A stretch of 63,347 nucleotides of DNA, the filler included, from Hyphochytrium catenoides (Eukaryota > Protista > Hyphochytriomycota): the NCBI GenBank assembly GCA_900088475.1. It is 10 parts of 10 records of this genome, joined end to end, with 100 filler letters (N's around TTAATTAATTAA, not from the genome) between each part and the next. Parts side by side here need not be neighbours in the genome. Positions count along the whole stretch, not along the records: positions 22,288 to 26,484 come from FLMG01001225.1; positions 26,585 to 29,679 come from FLMG01004566.1; positions 29,780 to 32,881 come from FLMG01002143.1; positions 32,982 to 37,267 come from FLMG01004337.1; 6 more parts are not named here. The stretch is one strand, 5' to 3'. Positions 25,301 through 37,367 of this stretch are shown in pieces. How positions within the stretch are numbered: the stretch's first letter is position 1; each line of letters opens with the position of its first letter. The notes beneath the pieces were generated by a model. The model made no database searches, was not told where the DNA came from, and saw nothing but the letters and a program-made list of their open reading frames with translations. Both the position numbers and the translations under genes were made by a program.

Positions 25301-26374
25301 CCATCGCTGATCCTTAAGCGTCGGATCACTTCCTGTTGAGATCGTTGTCACGGTCATGCTGGCATGACTGTTGACCTTCTTCTTGTTGCGACCTCGCCTA
25401 TCGTTTTCCTTCTTCTTCCTTGCCTTGGTGTCACTCTCGTCTACATCTGAGGGTTCATATTCCGGGCAGTCTGTTTGCTTGTGATCAGGGCTTCCACACG
25501 TCCAACAGGCAAACTTCTTCTTGCTGGCCTCCCCCTTTCCTAGAGGCTTCTTTTTGTTCCTCCCGCGACGAGCGGCGGCTGCCAGGGACTGCTCTGCCTC
25601 GCTGTCATCCCCTCCTCCGTAGCTTTCCTCCTCTCGCAGGCGTATTCTACGCTCTGAGTTAAGCAAGGCACTAGTGACCTTGGCTTTTGTGAGGTTCGGA
25701 TCTGCTTCCAAGATGTCACCGACATGGTGGAACTTTGGTGCCAACCCCTGCAGTAGGTAGTCCACCATGTCGGCATCCTCCACAGGTCTCCTCAGGCTGG
25801 CAAGTTTGGCCTCCAGAGTCTCAGCGCGACCAAAGTACGCCTGAAGGGACTCTCCCTCTCTCATTTGCAGTCGGATGAGCTGCTTCCTCACATCTCGAGC
25901 ATTTGAGGCTGTGGCGGGTTCCAAAGTTCTTCTAAGATTGTCCCATGCTTCAGCAGCAGACGCAGCCTCCAGAACATGTGGGAATGATATAGTCCTGGTC
26001 ACCGTGCTTGCAAGGTGCGACAAAGCCTGCGCATCCCTCTGTTGCAACTCACTGCTGTTAACAACGGTGCGTCTGGCCATCGCTTCGGCATGGTCACTCT
26101 CTGGGTGGTCTTGGACTAGATGCCACAGACCTCTTGCCCTCAAGGCAAGTCTGGTGTGTGCTCGCCACACTAGATAGTTCGAAGTACCCGTTAGCTTCTC
26201 ATAGCTAAAGTCCTGCCTCGATGACTCTATCGTGACCACGGGAGAAGATGTAGTGGCCATAGTTGTGAGTGCTGGTGTTGTTATATCTGCCGTGGCGTCC
26301 TGCTGCTGCTGGAGGTACTCGATCTGTTCTTTCTCTTCCTGTTGCAAGGCGCCGTCCTTCTCACTTGAAGACAT
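22348..26374 (-). CDS. Copia gag-pol polyprotein (1204-aa ORF plus a frameshifted continuation after ~22810)
   Basis: Zn knuckle CWTCGSPDHKQTDC, protease WILDSGCTAHM, pre-integrase WHVRLGHL..CKTC, integrase HSDL/RTDNGGEY/EQNGVAERFNR, RT LDVKTAFL..SLYGLKQAPR..YVDDLL, RNase H GYADADW. Confidence 0.95.
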
Positions 26375-26412
26375 CTACATGCAGCTCGCTTCTAATAGAC
26401 GTAAGGCTCGTG

Positions 26413-26426
26413 TGGGCCCATAACCA
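26413..26426 (-). promoter_or_regulatory. Primer-binding site complementary to the internal (anticodon-stem) region of initiator tRNA-Met
   Basis: TGGTTATGGGCCCA lies immediately downstream of the LTR end. TGGGCCCATAACC is a conserved internal segment of eukaryotic tRNAiMet. Confidence 0.85.
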
Positions 26427-26584
26427 CTGTTAGCCTTTCTTAGTCAGCGCAGCCTTTGGGCGATTAGTCCCAGTGTCCGTTCTTNNNNNNNNNNNNNNNN
26501 NNNNNNNNNNNNNNNNNNNNNNNNNNNNTTAATTAATTAANNNNNNNNNNNNNNNNNNNNNNNNNNNNNNNNNNNNNNNNNNNN

Positions 26585-27340
26585 AGTGACTACTGTACTA
26601 CTGACAACGAACATAGTAGCACTCAACATAAGATATGGAGTTATAGAGATATCCCTGTCTAGAATAGTCAGTCCTGGAGGTATCCTGGGGTACTGACCAT
26701 AAGCCATAGGTATAAACAGGGACATTTCCTTTACTTCATATCTCGGCTTCTACTGGGAGTTTGGAGCTGAAACTTTGGTAGTTAAGCTTGCCAGCTTGTA
26801 GGTACACATAGCTGTGCCCTCAGACTCCAACACAGGGAGGTGCTGAAGTATGGACTATCTGAGTCTTACTTCATAGAACTAAGATGTACCAGACCAATTG
26901 TCCGAGTTACAGTCCCAAACTCCAAGTAGAAGCAGAGATATGGAGGAAGAAGTGGACTCTAATGTTATCTATGGGTAATTACTAGGCGAGAACAGGTCTG
27001 TTGAGTGCTACAATTTTCGTTGTCAGTAGTACAGTCGTCACTCTCTATACACACCTAGCTCTCAGGGACATAGACGTTACGGGTACACCTGTGTTTTGGG
27101 AAAGACGGATGTGAGAAGAAGTTCCAGAAGAACACAGAAACAGCACAGGAGAGAGAGATGATGAGGGAAGCTGGGTGTTGAGTGCTACAATGTTCGTTGT
27201 CAGTAGTACAGTAGTCACTCTCTATACACACCTAGCTCTCAGGGACATAGACGGTACGGGTACACCTGTGTTATGGGAAAGAAGGATGTGAGAAGAATTT
27301 CCAGAAGAACACAGGAGCAGCACAGGAGAGAGAGATGATG
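26585..27340. repeat. Cluster of LTR fragments: three TGTTGAGTGCTAC... 5' ends (26628 minus; 26999 and 27176 plus) around a piece of a second LTR family (26629-26832)
   Basis: 26999-27163 and 27176-27340 are ~165-nt direct copies. 26585-26628 is the reverse complement of their start. 26629-26832 matches 38656-38820. Confidence 0.8.
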
Positions 27341-27353
27341 CTCATTCTTTTTT

Positions 27354-29679
27354 ATGGAGAACCAGACGGGTGAGCGCGTGAAAGAGATACGCTCCGATCG
27401 CGGGGGAGAGTTCGTTAGCAGTGCTGCACACAAAGTGTGCTCTCGCCGCGGCATCCTGCACTCTCCTACACCTGCTTATTCCCCCTCTAGCAACGCCTGT
27501 TGTGAACGCTGGATGAGAACTGTCATGCAGGCGACGAGATGCCTTCTGATTGCTACTGACCTACCTGTTTTTGGGCAGATGCATTGGCCTCCGCAGTTCA
27601 TGTGATCAATCGCTGTCCTACTGCTTCACTCGATGGCTCTACCCCCTACGAAAAGTGGTATGGCAAGCCGCCTGATGTTGGTCATCTACGCGTCTTTGGT
27701 TCACTTGCGTATGCTTTATGGCCGTCGACGATGCTGCCAAAGCTTGATGCGCGGAGCTCTCGGTATATCTTTGTAGGGTCTGACTCTGGCACCCATGGCT
27801 ATCGACTGTATGATCCTCTGACCAAGAGAATCTCTGTGCGGTGTGATGTGGTTATCGACGAGTCTCGCTCTGGGGCCTTTCTACTCAAACAGGCAAAAAG
27901 GCAGCAACATTATGACTATGTCTCTTTGTTTCCCATCATAAGGAGCGAAGAAGCAACTGCCGCTGAAGCAGCGCAAGTAAGTGGTGAAGCGAGTGCAGCG
28001 AGACAAGCACAAAAAGAAAGTGAACCTTCTGCTGACAAAGCAAGTCCAGAGGAACCCACCAATGACTGTCTGGGGCCGGAGCCAGAGAGCAACGTTGCTG
28101 ATGGGACGGAGACGAGCGAGCTTGACGAAAACGAAGATCATCCCGCAGCTTCTTCTCCCTCCTCTCTGACCACAATCACTTCTCCACTCGGTCCTATCAC
28201 TCGTGGTCGTGATAGACTGCTACAAGAAGACTCTCTCTCTTCTCCAGTAGGCCAGGCTAATCTTCTTCTGCATGTCTCTGAACCGAAAACAGTCCGCGAG
28301 GCACTCTCTGGACCTCATGCCACAGAATGGCTAGCCGCCATTACCTCAGAGCTTACATCAATGCAGTCCCATGAGGTTTACGATCTAGTGCCCCCACCTC
28401 CAGGCGCTCATCTTATCGGCTCTCAATGGATCTTTGGGGTCAAGTTGCATAGCGATGGCTCAGTGGACAAGTACAAGGCACGTCTAGTCGCTCTTGGCAA
28501 TCGACAGAAGCAAGGTATTGACTTTAGCGAGGTCTTTGCTCCAGTGATAGGGCATGACACTGTCCGCGCGCTGCCTTCTCTGGCTCGCCGCAACGCTGGA
28601 CCTAGAAGTACATCACGTCGATATCAAGACCGCCTTCCTGAACGGTAATCTCAACGAGCAGGTGTACATGCGTGAACCACCGAGATTTGCAACCTCTGGA
28701 CAAGAAGATCACGTCTGGCGGTTGAAGAAGTCGATATATGGTCTCCGCCAGAGCCCCAAGATGTGGAATGACACGCTGCACCATTATCTGATTGAGCAAG
28801 GGTTCCAGCGCAGCCTTTGTGACTTTGGGGTATACGTCAAGCGCCACTCTTCGAGACCTGAGGACCTTGAGATCGTCGACGTCTTCGTTGATGACATGCT
28901 CCTCTTTGCTCCCATCACCGAGCAAATTGCAGGTCTCAAGACTATGCTGTCTGCTCGTTTCTCCATCACCGATCTGGGGGAGTTAGAATATTACTTGGGC
29001 ATCCAAGTAAAGCGGGATCGAGCTGCTAGGAAGCTATACCTTCGACAGTCGAAGTATATTTCCGAGATCTTGGAGCGCTTCAACCTACTTGATGCCTACC
29101 CCACTCCTATCCCAGCGGGGCCTAAGACGTACTTGCCCAAAGCTTCTACCATTCCTCTTTCTGATGATGGCGCTGACCGGTTGGCTCGCACCCCTTATCG
29201 TCAAGCAGTGGGTTCCTTGTTGCTGTACGTCATGGTGTGCACGCGGCCTGATATCGCTTATGCGGTACAAGCTGTGAGCCAACACGTCACTGCCTTCCGC
29301 CACGTTCACTGGGAAGCTGTCAAACGTATCTTCACCTACCTGAAGGCCACCCAAGACTACTCCTTGTGTCTAGGGGGAGATACCCCTATTCAACTCTCTG
29401 TCCAGGCTGATGCTGATTGGGCTAGTGACCCAGCTGACCGCAAGTCTATCACAGGCTATTTTTGAGCCTGAACGGCGGTGCTTTTGCATGGAAGTCAAAG
29501 AAACAATCTCTCAGAGCGTCGTCAACCACGGAAGCGGAATGCGTCTCTCTTTGGTCCGCAAACCAGGTCGCAGAGCACTTAAGTGTGTTCCTTGGCGAGC
29601 TTGGCTTCTCCAACCAGCTGCCCATCCCTGCTATTAGTCAGGACAACCAAAGCGCAATTGTCCTCTGCTCCTCTTCACG
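27354..29679 (+). pseudogene. Frameshifted copia pol (integrase C-half, RT, RNase H)
   Basis: IRSDRGGEF, HLRVFGSLAY, KYKARLVALG, VDIKTAFLNG, SIYGLRQSPK, VFVDDML, ADADWASD, WKSKKQ..SSTTEAE and QDNQSAI are spread over four ORFs in different frames. Confidence 0.93.
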
Positions 29680-30269
29680 NNNNNNNNNNNNNNNNNNNNN
29701 NNNNNNNNNNNNNNNNNNNNNNNTTAATTAATTAANNNNNNNNNNNNNNNNNNNNNNNNNNNNNNNNNNNNNNNNNNNNGTTGTTGGTGGAGAGCTGTAG
29801 GGGTAAGATGAGATTGGATGTGTGTGTGAGAGAGAGAGAGAGAGAGAAAGAGAGAAAGAAAGAAAGAAGAACGCGAAAGTTAAGGATAGATAGGGTGGAC
29901 GGGAGAGAGATATGGGACGACGCATTAGAAGCGAGACAGACTTATAGAATAGCCTTAGCACATCAAAAGAGTGAGAGAGAGACGGAAGAAGGGAAAAGAT
30001 GGAAGAGAGAGACCAAAGAGAAAGGAGGATGAGGAAGCTGCCAACGGGCACAGATTGGGTACCAGGGAGAGAGAAAGATAGATAGAGAGTTATACTAATG
30101 ACTACGAGCAGATGAAGAGAGAATGAGACTATGGAGAGGAGAGGGGAAGGCAGGGACCATGGAGAAGAAAGAGAGAGAGAAACAGGATACAAAACGTGGG
30201 CGCTAATAGGCCAGAGAAGATGAAGGACAAAAAGAGCTGTGGAGGAACAGGCGAAATGGAGAGACACTT

Positions 30270-30382
30270 TCTCTTCTACCTGCTCTGTCTCTTGGCTGTC
30301 TTGGTAACGCTTTTAGAAGAGTGCGTCAAATAAGAAGGGGCGCAGGAGAGATGGTGAGGGACACTGTGGATAGTGGAAGAGA

Positions 30383-30426
<44 letters not shown>

Positions 30427-30942
30427 GTGAAAAAAGGAAGAGAAACAGAGCGATTGAAGTAAGAGAGAGACGAGAAAGGGAAAAAGAGACACAAACAGAC
30501 AGCCGGATAGAGAGAGAGAGTAGGTGAGAGAACGACAGTGAGACATAGATGACTGAGAGAGAAGTAGAGACGGGTCTGAGAGAGAGAAATGGATCCAAAG
30601 TAAATGAGAGAGACTTGGGGATAAGAAGAAAAGAAGTTGAAGGTAAAAGAACATGAGAGAGAGAAGAGGAAAGAGGCAAGGCACCTGGTTTGTTTGTCTA
30701 GGTACTCCTCCATACTCTGCACAAGAGAGGCAGAGGAGGCAATGGAAGAGGAAGAGAGTTGAAAAGGGAGAGAGATAGTCTTTCCCTCTTTGTCTCTCAT
30801 TTCCTCAAGAGGGAGACGTGAGCGGCCCAACATCTCTCTCCTCTCTTCTTCCTTCTGCCGGAGACTCTGCACCAGTCTCCCCCTCTCCACAGCTTTCTCA
30901 TAATCAACTGGTTTTGCAGTGCTAAGANNNNNNNNNNNNNNN

Positions 30943-30980
<38 letters not shown>

Positions 30981-31781
30981 TGCGAGAGAGAGAGATAAAC
31001 AGATGGGTGACTGAAGAGAGACAGAAGAAAGATAGAGGAGACACAAAAAGATGCTGGAAGCGAAGAAGAGATATAGAGAGGGAAAGAGAGAGGCGGGAAT
31101 AGACAGAAAGAGAGACTTATGGAGGAGAGAGAGACAACTCAATGAAAAGGAAAGAGTGGGAGCGTACTTGGGATCCAAGGCCTTTCTATAAAGTCTTTGT
31201 CGACTCTCTGGCGATGTGTTGAGCGGTCTGGTGGGAGGAGAAGGAGGAGGAGGAGAGAGAAGAGTCGAGGCCCCTCGTAGCGCTCTCTCTTCTTCTCTTT
31301 GCTTCCTCTCAGCCTTCTCCTGCTCCCAGAGCTTCTGCTGCCGCGAGCTGTACTCCTCCGCCTTCCGCTGGAGACGGTTCTGGTTGTTGGAGAGAGAGGA
31401 ATAGAGAGAGAGAGAGAGAATGGGGTGGAGAAAGAGAGAGAAAGAGAAAAAGGGTGAGATAGGAACCGGGAGAGGACAGAGAGAGAGAGAGATTGTGTGT
31501 GACGTGAGCAAGGTAGCGTTAATCTTGGGCGCTAAGTCAAGAGACACAATCTCAAACGATAAGACAGTGAGAGAGAGAGAGGGAGAGACGAGGACGGTGG
31601 AGAGTGAGAAGAGAGGAGACTTTGGCCCCTACTTGCGGTGATTCTGCTGGCTTCTGAGGATTTGTCTTTGGAGAAAATGTGCATTGGCTTCGTTCCTATG
31701 ATGGATCGAGAGTGCCATCAGGTGAACCAGAGATGACGACAAACAGGAGAGCGGACGGAGAAAGGAAAGGGACAGACAGAC

Positions 31782-31821
<40 letters not shown>

Positions 31822-31864
31822 NNNNNNNNNNNNNNNNNNNNNNNNNNNNNNNNNNNNNGAGAAC

Positions 31865-31902
<38 letters not shown>

Positions 31903-32493
31903 TTTAGAGAGAGAGAGAGGACGCGATGAGGTGCATTATTAACGCTGTAGTGACAGGCATAGTAGAAGTCCAGATAGAGTCTAAAAGAGAGAGGGTCGGA
32001 GAGGGTGAGGGTAAAGGAGAGAGGAAAGAACAAGAGATCGAAAGAGAGAGAGAGAGAGAAAGAGAAAGAGAGAGTTTTGGGATGGGCAAGAAGTTCAATA
32101 AAAAGATAGAAAGATCAGAGGCAAAATTCTGAGAGGGCGAGCTTACTCTCTCCTTGGAATCCTCTAGAAGTTTGTGCCTCTGCGCCTCTCTCTGCTTGCC
32201 TTCCTGGTAGAGATGATCATACACTGTCTGTGGACCTTCTTTCTCTTGCTTTCTTCTCTCTTCTTCTCTCCCTTTTTGGCTTTCTTTTCCTTTCTCTAAC
32301 TCTTCGGGAGTAAGTTCAATGGCTACGTCAACGGGAGGAGAGAAAGAAGAATGTGCCCATGTCCTACTTCTCTCCGCAAGCTTTCTGATGGGGAGAGACG
32401 ATGTAAGTGAAGAGTAGGCGATCAGCTGAGTTACTGCTCACGGAAAGTGAATGAGAGTAGAAGTGTGAGAGAATGAGAAAAAGGAGAAAGGAG

Positions 32494-32547
<54 letters not shown>

Positions 32548-32881
32548 GATGAGAGAAAGAAGGAGGATGAGAGAGAGAAGGGGGATGAGAGAGAGAAGGA
32601 GAGCGAGGGGCGGACTGAGAGAGAGCGAGGAGAGAGATGGAGAGAGAGAAAAAAAGAGAAAGGGTAAGAGAGAGAGATACAGACACACAGAGACAGAGAG
32701 ATCAGGAAGAGAGCTGTTCGCTTAAGGAGAGACAAGGTCCCACCTGCTCCTAGGAGAGATTTGAGGTTTGAATGTACAGTCATTGTTTGCTTGCGCAGAA
32801 GAAGACGAAGAGTCGGATGGAGAAGAGAGGGACGGGGAAAGAGAAAGTTGTTCTTTGGTTCTCTCTGAAGCGTGTTTCATC
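30270..32881 (-). CDS. Partial multi-exon coiled-coil protein of unknown function
   Basis: Non-repetitive exon islands lie between (CT)n introns: YDHLYQEGKQREAQRHKLLEDSK, NEANAHFLQRQILRSQQNHRK, NRLQRKAEEYSSRQQKLWEQEK, KPVDYEKAVERGRLVQSLRQKEEERR. GT donors follow several of them. Confidence 0.55.
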
Positions 32882-33399
32882 NNNNNNNNNNNNNNNNNNN
32901 NNNNNNNNNNNNNNNNNNNNNNNNNTTAATTAATTAANNNNNNNNNNNNNNNNNNNNNNNNNNNNNNNNNNNNNNNNNNNNGAGAGAGAGAGAGGACATG
33001 ACGAATTAGCTTGAGGCGGGAATGTAGGAGGGATTGTGGTCAAATCAAAGAACAGTGACGATAGAAGGGGACAGAGAGAGAACAAGAAGGGAACCAAGGA
33101 AAGATCGGAGCTTTAAGAAAAGAGAGGGAGAGACAGAGAGAGTGAGAGAGAGAGAGAGTGAGAGAGAGAGAGAGAAGAAGAAGAAGACAGATCGTCCTCT
33201 AGGCATGAGGGAAGGTACACCCTTTTATCTCAAAAATGTGAGAGAAAGGTTCTCTGCCAGTAGATAAAAGCTGGAGGATGTTGCCACTATCTCTTTCTCC
33301 TGGGTCCTTTTCTCTCTCGGCTCTACTCTTCCTCATCCTCTCTCTCTCTCTCTCTCTCCCCTTCTCTCTCTCTCTCTCACTCCCTCTTCTCTCTCTTTA

Positions 33400-33578
33400 C
33401 CTTGGATCTGCCCTGATTTCTTCAGGCGTGACGGGAATGAGTTCATTGTTCTCATCAAAGATTTCTATGCCGTTGAGCCCAATGTAGAAGCTGTCGCCCC
33501 AGGTGCTGAGAAGCACCAGGCGCACGGTGCAGCCAGAGGGAAGGATGGGAGTCTCGTACTGCTGGAGAATGGGGACNN

Positions 33579-33619
<41 letters not shown>

Positions 33620-34390
33620 GAGAGAAAAAAAGGGAAATCATAGAGAGAAAGAGAATAGAGAGACACAGAGCGGGGTAGGAAACGGAGAGAGCATGGAGAG
33701 AGAGAGAGACAGAGAGAGAGAAGTACTTAGAGAGAGAGTCTGGCAAAAGAGAGCGAACTGCGAAGTGGAATAACAAAAGGGAGTTCTGCGCAGGATGGAA
33801 CGGATACTGCGCCTCTCTCCTTTTTAGAGGAGTGCTTGGTGAGACAGAAAGCGAGAGCGAAGAGACGAGAGAGAGAGAGAGAAGGAGAGAGAGAGAGACA
33901 GGGAGAGAAAGAGGGAGAGGAGAAATGCGACTGTGACAGAACAAAAACGAGAGCAAAAGAGAGAGAGAGAGACAGGGAGACAGAGAAAGACAGAGGGAGG
34001 AAGAAAGGAGAGAAAGAGNNNNNNNNNNNNNNNNNNNNNNNNNNNNNNNNNNNNNNNNNNNNNNNNNNNNNNNNNNNNNNNNNNNNNNNNNNNNNNNNNN
34101 NNNNNNNNNNNNNNNNNNNNNNNNNNNNNNNNNNNNNNNNNNNNNNNNNNNNNNNNNNNNNNNNNNNNNNNNNNNNNNNNNNNNNNNNNNNNNNNNNNNN
34201 NNNNNNNGGGTAGAAAATGGAGAGAGCATGGAGAGAGAGAGAAAGAGAGAGAGGAGTACTTAGAGAGACAGAGAGACAGGGAGACAGAGAAAGAGAGGGA
34301 GCAAGAAAGGAGAGAGAGAAGGAAATTATGAGGTTGAAAGCGATAAAAAAAGAGACGTAGCTTGAAGCGGGAGAGTAGAGAGAGAGAGAG

Positions 34391-34435
<45 letters not shown>

Positions 34436-35231
34436 CTCTTTACCTCTCCAATAGCAGGGACCTGAGGTCTCCAATGCTTCTTAACAGGAGACGCTGGGCG
34501 AGTGGCCGTCTGTCTCTGTCCTCTTCCTTTGTTTCCTTCCTCTTCTCTTCCCTCTTTCTTCTCAAAGTCAGGGAAGACACTGTGGCTCTCTTCTAAGTTG
34601 AAAGAAGAGAGAGAAGAGAGAACAGACACACTCTCTGGTTTCTCTAACGCAATGACCTGGCCAAAGTCAAAGCTCGTCGCGCCCAAAGCTTTCCGCACAA
34701 GAAAGCCCTCGGGAGGAGAGAGAATCTGCCCATCCAGAGCCACACCCATGCGCTTTACACCTAAAGAAAAGAGGGAGGAAGAAGAGGGAGAGGAGAGAGA
34801 GGGAGAGAGAGAGACGGAGAGAGAGAAAGAGGGAAGAGACAGACAGAGTGAAAGAAAAAAAAAGAGGGAGAGAAGAGAGCGCGAAAGGAGAGGAAGTGAG
34901 GAGCGAGTATGATGAGAGAAAGCGGTAGAGGAGAGAGTTTGGAATTGGAAGAGATCGTGTAGGGCAGGAGAGAAACAAGAGACAAGAGACAAAAGAGAAA
35001 GGGAGACCTCTGGAAGAGAAGACTGACGTGCCATAAGGCGATATCCCAAGACCAGGAGAGGAAAGAAAGAAGAGAGAGAAAGGAACAGAGGCCAGATAAA
35101 GTTATCCATAGTCGTAGGAAAGATAAGGACAGGACCAACGCTAGTTAAAAAAAGATGGGAGCAATTGAGAGAGGAAGAGAGAGCCACACACGAAAGACAG
35201 GACATCTTATTTCCTCTCTTTCTCTTTCTCT

Positions 35232-35271
<40 letters not shown>

Positions 35272-35885
35272 TACCCTTGTATGAGCCTTCTATGCCGTCG
35301 TTATAGTTGTATATCTTAAGCCCAGCGATGGCGGTGGGGCGAGGAAGAGTAATTGTTAGCACTGGCTCATTCTCTTCGCAGTGCTGGGAGGAAAGGAGGA
35401 GACGCACATGGGGTATAGATAAAGAGGAGACGGAGAAGAAGGGAGGGAGACCGAGAGAGAGAGAGAGAGAGAGAGAGAAGACAGACCGACAGACAGACGG
35501 AGAGAGATGTAAGCAAAGAGACAAAGAGGGAGGTGAGCAGAGAGTCAGAGTGGAAAGTGGAGAGAGAAGAGAAGGAGGTGCGAAAGAGGAACACGCATTA
35601 AGATTGAGACTTCTTCAAGAGAGAGACGGGCTTAGACAGACAAGAAGAGGAGGACGGGAGGCTGCTTGGAAAGGGAGAAAGATCAAAAGAGAGTGCATGG
35701 AAAAGAGGGAGAGGGTAGGCAGAAAGAGACGGAGAAAGAGAGAGAGGGAAAGAGTTGGCAATGAGCTAGAACAGTTAGAGCGACAACAGTGGGATAGACA
35801 ATAGGAAGAAAGGCAGTTGATCCACCAAGAATCGCACGTCGGGCTTCAGCCAAAGTGTATACGCGACTTCTTTTCTCTCTCTGTC

Positions 35886-35930
<45 letters not shown>

Positions 35931-36810
35931 CACCCCCTCCCGCTTACTTTTCTATCAATGAGCCACATCTGTTGCGGGTCGATGGTGAGATAATTGTCAT
36001 TGAGAAGGTTCTGCAAGCTGCCCGTCACTCCCTCAGACCCAGAGGGAGAGCAAGAGATACTGCTGACTTTCAGGGGAAGAGGAGAGAAAGTAGATGCTTC
36101 CAGGACCTAGACCAGAGAGAGAAAAGAGAAGAAAGAGAGGAAAGAGGAACAAAATGAGAGAAGGGAGAGAGGGAGAGATAAAGAAGAAGGGAAAAGAGGA
36201 CAAAAAGAGAAGAGTGAGCTCTAGGAAATGCCTCAATGCATTTTATAGAAAGAAAGAGAGAGAGAGACAGAGAGAGAAGAGGAACAGCACTTCGTACAGG
36301 AGAAGAAGCCACTGGGGCTCTCCTAGAGCAAAACAAGAGCGTATAAGCGCGGAAGAGGAAGAACCGAGAACCAGGGCAGAGATTGAGAGACAGAGACAGC
36401 GGGACGGAGAGAGAATTGAAGGATGAAGGAGACTGGGACGAAGAGGAATGAATTTCTATTAGAAGAAGAGACAGAAGGAAAATAAGAGAGAGAGAAAAGG
36501 AGAGAGAAAGAGAGAGAGGGAGAGCAGCCTAAAGAACTCAAAGTCTCTCCTCCACCTGCAGTCCCGTAATTCCCACGGAGGTGTTGTCTCCCCAGCTCTT
36601 CCCCAGCAGGAGAGAGATAACGGAGCCTCTCACTCCTCCCACTCCGCTACTTCTCCCTCCTCTGTAGGGCGCGGTCGTGGGTCGAAAGCCGCTGAAGTCT
36701 CTCCCCAGAGAAGAAGAAGGAGAGAGAGAAGGAGAAGACTGCCACTTTGCGATAGGAGTCCGCGGTCCTCCCTCCTGGCCCCAGCTCGGTTGAAGACGCA
36801 CCGGCCCCTT
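33400..36810 (-). CDS. KATNIP: Katanin-interacting protein (KIAA0556, DUF4457 repeats), internal exons
   Basis: Exons read KSWGDNTSVGITGLQV; LQNLLNDNYLTIDPQQMWL; AIAGLKIYNYNDGIEGSYKGVKRM; GFLVRKALGATSFDFGQVI; YETPILPSGCTVRLVLLSTWGDSFYIGLNGIEIFD. This is the characteristic KATNIP repeat pattern. Confidence 0.88.
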
Positions 36811-37367
36811 ATTAACGAGAGAGAGAGAGAGAGGAGAGATGGGAGGGAGGAGAAAGAGGGAGAGAGAGAGAGAGAGAGAGAGAGGTAGTGATGGGGAGAA
36901 GCGGTGAAGAGGGCGATAGCGAAAGAGAGACCGGAAGAGAGAGAGAAAGGAAAAGAGCAAGGTCAGAGGTGGTTGAAGGATAAGTGTCGTATCGAAACAA
37001 GAGAGAGAAGGAGAGATCGAAGGTGACTATAAAACGCCAGGAAAGAGCCAGAAAAAAGAGAAAGAAAGAGCAATGAACAGAGAGAGGAACAGGCACTTAA
37101 GGCAGAGAAACATAGAAAAGTAAGAATAGACCAATATATATATATATATTCAACATGCAGACACATGGAAGGACACGAATGGCTGCTACAACGAAAAAAC
37201 AGAGAGAGAGAGAGAGACGGGGAGAGAGAGAGAGTCAGAGAGAGAGAGAGAGGAAGAGAGGAGAAAGNNNNNNNNNNNNNNNNNNNNNNNNNNNNNNNNN
37301 NNNNNNNNNNNTTAATTAATTAANNNNNNNNNNNNNNNNNNNNNNNNNNNNNNNNNNNNNNNNNNNN

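Larger units (their letters stand above)
22348..26484 (-). mobile_element. Ty1/copia LTR retrotransposon, nearly intact: 5' LTR end (26484-26428), PBS, gag-pol, truncated in RNase H
   Basis: The LTR ends ...CTAACA and is followed by GTGGTTATGGGCCCA. Domain order is gag, protease, integrase, RT, RNase H. Confidence 0.95.

Noticed and set aside
22760-26423. Plus-strand ORFs antisense to gag-pol
   Set aside because: They are shadow ORFs of the retrotransposon coding strand with no motifs.
26999-27340. Direct repeats as a CRISPR-like array
   Set aside because: There are only two ~165-nt copies starting with TG, next to copia pol. They are LTR fragments with no repeat-spacer structure.
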